Shown piece after piece: positions 24,134 through 24,838 of a stretch of DNA of 24,838 bases. The DNA is from a virus (taxonomy: Duplodnaviria > Caudoviricetes), in the IMG/VR virus record IMGVR_UViG_3300009095_000069, positions 1 to 24,838 of that record. The stretch is one strand, 5' to 3'. Position 1 is the stretch's first letter; each line of letters begins with the position of its first letter. The position numbers were made by a program, and so were the translations under genes. The notes beneath the pieces were generated by a model. That model saw only the letters and a program-made list of their open reading frames with translations. It had not been told where the DNA came from and ran no database searches.

Positions 24134-24618
24134 TGAGCATCAGGTCAGTAATGCAGAAGGCTGCAAACAAAATTAAGCCCGCTATAAAAAGGGAGCTTAA
24201 AGCACAAGGGCATTACCTATCGGGCAATCTTGAAAACTCTTTGAAGGATACCATTTTATTCGGTGAAAACGGCACTAAAATAGAAGGAACTGCATTAGGA
24301 TATGCAAAGTATTTAGAGGATGGATTCCCTGCACAATCGGCCAACTGGGGGCAATTACCATTCATGATCAAGTACTTCATAGCCAGAGGCCTTGGAGCTA
24401 AGGAAGCAAAGCAAGCAGCAGCTGCAACAATAATGAAGTGGATGAAAGAAGGTATGCCAACTGAGGGATCTAGGCGATTCAGTAAAACAGGTAATCGAAA
24501 GAGGTTTATAAAGATTGTTGGTAAAGCTATTGATCAGGAAATTGACAAGATTATTTTGGAGGGATTAGACAAAGAAATTGACAAGACATATCACAAAACA
24601 AAATCTGAAACTATTTAG
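24133..24618 (+). CDS. Putative neck/tail-completion protein (HK97 gp10-like)
   Basis: SGNLENSL...YAKYLEDG...MKEG...KRFI; basic protein. Confidence 0.55.
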   Translation: MSIRSVMQKAANKIKPAIKRELKAQGHYLSGNLENSLKDTILFGENGTKIEGTALGYAKYLEDGFPAQSANWGQLPFMIKYFIARGLGAKEAKQAAAATIMKWMKEGMPTEGSRRFSKTGNRKRFIKIVGKAIDQEIDKIILEGLDKEIDKTYHKTKSETI

Positions 24619-24620
24619 AA

Positions 24621-24838
24621 ATGGCACTAACAGCATTCAATTCAAGGCCCAACCAAGCATCGGTACTTTCTGCATACCGGCCAATAGTGTTCCAGCCTCG
24701 TTGGAATAATCCTGCACCACCATTCCCACCGGTAGTGTATTGTGATATTTATTTCGACAACACTTATTACAAAACGCTGTCATCAACTTCTTACTTAGGA
24801 GCAATCATTTCCTTGCCATATTGGACATTCGATATTCA
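24621..24838 (+). CDS. Partial ORF running off the window (putative structural protein)
   Basis: ATG 24621: MALTAFNSRPNQASVLSAYRPIVF...YCDIYFD...WTFDI, open to the window end. Confidence 0.7.
   Translation, partial: MALTAFNSRPNQASVLSAYRPIVFQPRWNNPAPPFPPVVYCDIYFDNTYYKTLSSTSYLGAIISLPYWTFDI

Noticed and set aside
1-24838. Diversity-generating retroelement, retron, integrase or IS element
   Set aside because: No reverse transcriptase, tyrosine/serine recombinase or transposase motifs and no TR/VR pair seen.

Overview
Segment of a Bacteroidota (Flavobacteria/Sphingobacteria-like) tailed phage or prophage, with essentially all genes on the + strand. From left to right it contains: an SF2 helicase; a GC-rich structured RNA block with two tRNA-like elements whose anticodon arms are aberrant; a replication initiator plus DnaB; a PD-(D/E)XK nuclease; a PcfK (AcrIIA9-family)/PcfJ pair; and a long accessory region. 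After that come a truncated gpA-type terminase fragment with a primase-helicase, a ParB-like/N6-N4 DNA methylase, TerS/TerL and putative morphogenesis genes. The most striking feature is in the accessory region (about 10.75-13.27 kb, with eroded outliers at 7.9-9.5 kb). It is an integron-like array of single-gene cassettes. Each cassette starts with GTTA and ends with TAAC, its two ends are complementary in a cassette-specific way over 14-24 bp, and cassettes are separated by attC-like TAAC...hairpin...GTTA sites. No integrase is present in the window. Family assignments are from motif recognition only; no searches were run.
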